Shown here one piece after another: positions 24,713 through 25,191 of a stretch of 25,191 nt of DNA. The position numbers and the translations under genes are program-made. This DNA is from a virus (Duplodnaviria; Caudoviricetes). Location: IMG/VR virus record IMGVR_UViG_3300025610_000129, positions 1-25,191 of that record. One strand, given 5' to 3'. A model generated the notes under the pieces. It saw nothing but the letters and a program-made list of their open reading frames with translations, made no database searches and was not told the origin of the DNA. The first letter of the stretch is position 1; each line of letters opens with the position of its first letter.

Positions 24713-25051
24713 TTAGAGAGAAGTCTCAAAGAACTCCTCAAGAGATATTGAAATATTTACAGAACTATTTGCGCTTGCAAGTCCGCGCAGTTTGTCGCCG
24801 CCAATCAAATACAGAGGATAGTCGGTTATTTGCAATAGAGAGTTTGCTGGAAGTTCGACAGTTTCAGCAAGGGTGTAATAGGTTGTGCTTGCTGCGTCGT
24901 ACCAGTCGAGACTGAATGTAACCGACGAACTAGAGGCATTGTTGATATAGATGCTGTTTACGTCAGTTGTAAAGCGTGTCGGTACGGTATAGATATCTTG
25001 ATTGCTTGTGGTAAGTTCTAAAGCAAGGGTGCGTTTTTTACGTTCTGCCAT
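24713..25051 (-). CDS. Hypothetical small beta-sandwich virion protein (112 aa)
   Basis: LTTSNQDIYTVP...SIYINN...LPANS...LYLIGGDKL. GGAG RBS. Lies in the structural operon. Confidence 0.7.
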   Translation of the reverse strand: MAERKKRTLALELTTSNQDIYTVPTRFTTDVNSIYINNASSSSVTFSLDWYDAASTTYYTLAETVELPANSLLQITDYPLYLIGGDKLRGLASANSSVNISISLEEFFETSL

Positions 25052-25053
25052 CC

Positions 25054-25191
25054 CTACACTCCGTTGGTCAAATCATAAAAAATAAGGGAGCCGATAGCTG
25101 AACCTGCAGGTGTACCTGTTACGGCAGTACGAATACCAACCGTCATAATATCGCTTGTGCCACCTATTGTTCTACCAAGCTGCAAACTAAA
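25054..25191 (-). CDS. C-terminal fragment of a probable virion structural protein (truncated by window edge), not in ORF track
   Basis: Open frame from 25191: FSLQLGRTIGGTSDIMTVGIRTAVTGTPAGSAIGSLIFYDLTNGV*. The stop TAG lies 2 nt before the next ATG. Confidence 0.75.
   Translation of the reverse strand, partial: FSLQLGRTIGGTSDIMTVGIRTAVTGTPAGSAIGSLIFYDLTNGV

Larger units (their letters stand above)
1..25191. mobile_element. Fragment of a tailed dsDNA phage (podovirus morphotype, probably marine HMO-2011/SIO1-like) with convergent replication and structural arms
   Basis: Gene content is entirely phage-like: endonuclease I, MazG, DUF3310, class II RNR, tail tubular proteins, fibres and large internal virion proteins. 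There is almost no intergenic space and no host housekeeping gene. No tail tube, sheath or tape-measure module is recognisable. Taxonomic placement is inference. Confidence 0.93.

Overview
This is a 25-kb internal fragment of a densely packed dsDNA podovirus genome, most likely a marine alphaproteobacterial phage of the HMO-2011-type / SIO1-cobavirus-like kind. That placement is inferred from gene content and order, not from a database hit. Bases 1-5705 (+ strand) form the end of a DNA/nucleotide-metabolism arm: a Cas4-like exonuclease, T7-type endonuclease I, a MazG-like pyrophosphohydrolase, a DUF3310 protein, a B12-dependent class II ribonucleotide reductase, a GIY-YIG nuclease and several small ORFs, two of them missing from the ORF track. 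Bases 5698-25191 (- strand) form the end of the virion arm: small fibre/decoration genes, tail adaptor and nozzle, a fibre + lectin + chaperone cassette, a holin-like gene, five probable internal/ejection proteins and two tiny basic proteins. The arms meet head-on with overlapping 3' ends. I found no RNA genes, CRISPR array, integrase, IS or reverse transcriptase. Most notable: (i) a 176-residue unbroken 11-residue Asn-ladder repeat resembling the phiX174 H DNA tube, (ii) the same YGxGxYGxxSYG motif in two unrelated tail proteins, (iii) GC-rich linkers flanking AT-rich lectin domains in the receptor-binding protein, (iv) a cluster of tiny acidic/zinc-ribbon ORFs downstream of the RNR.
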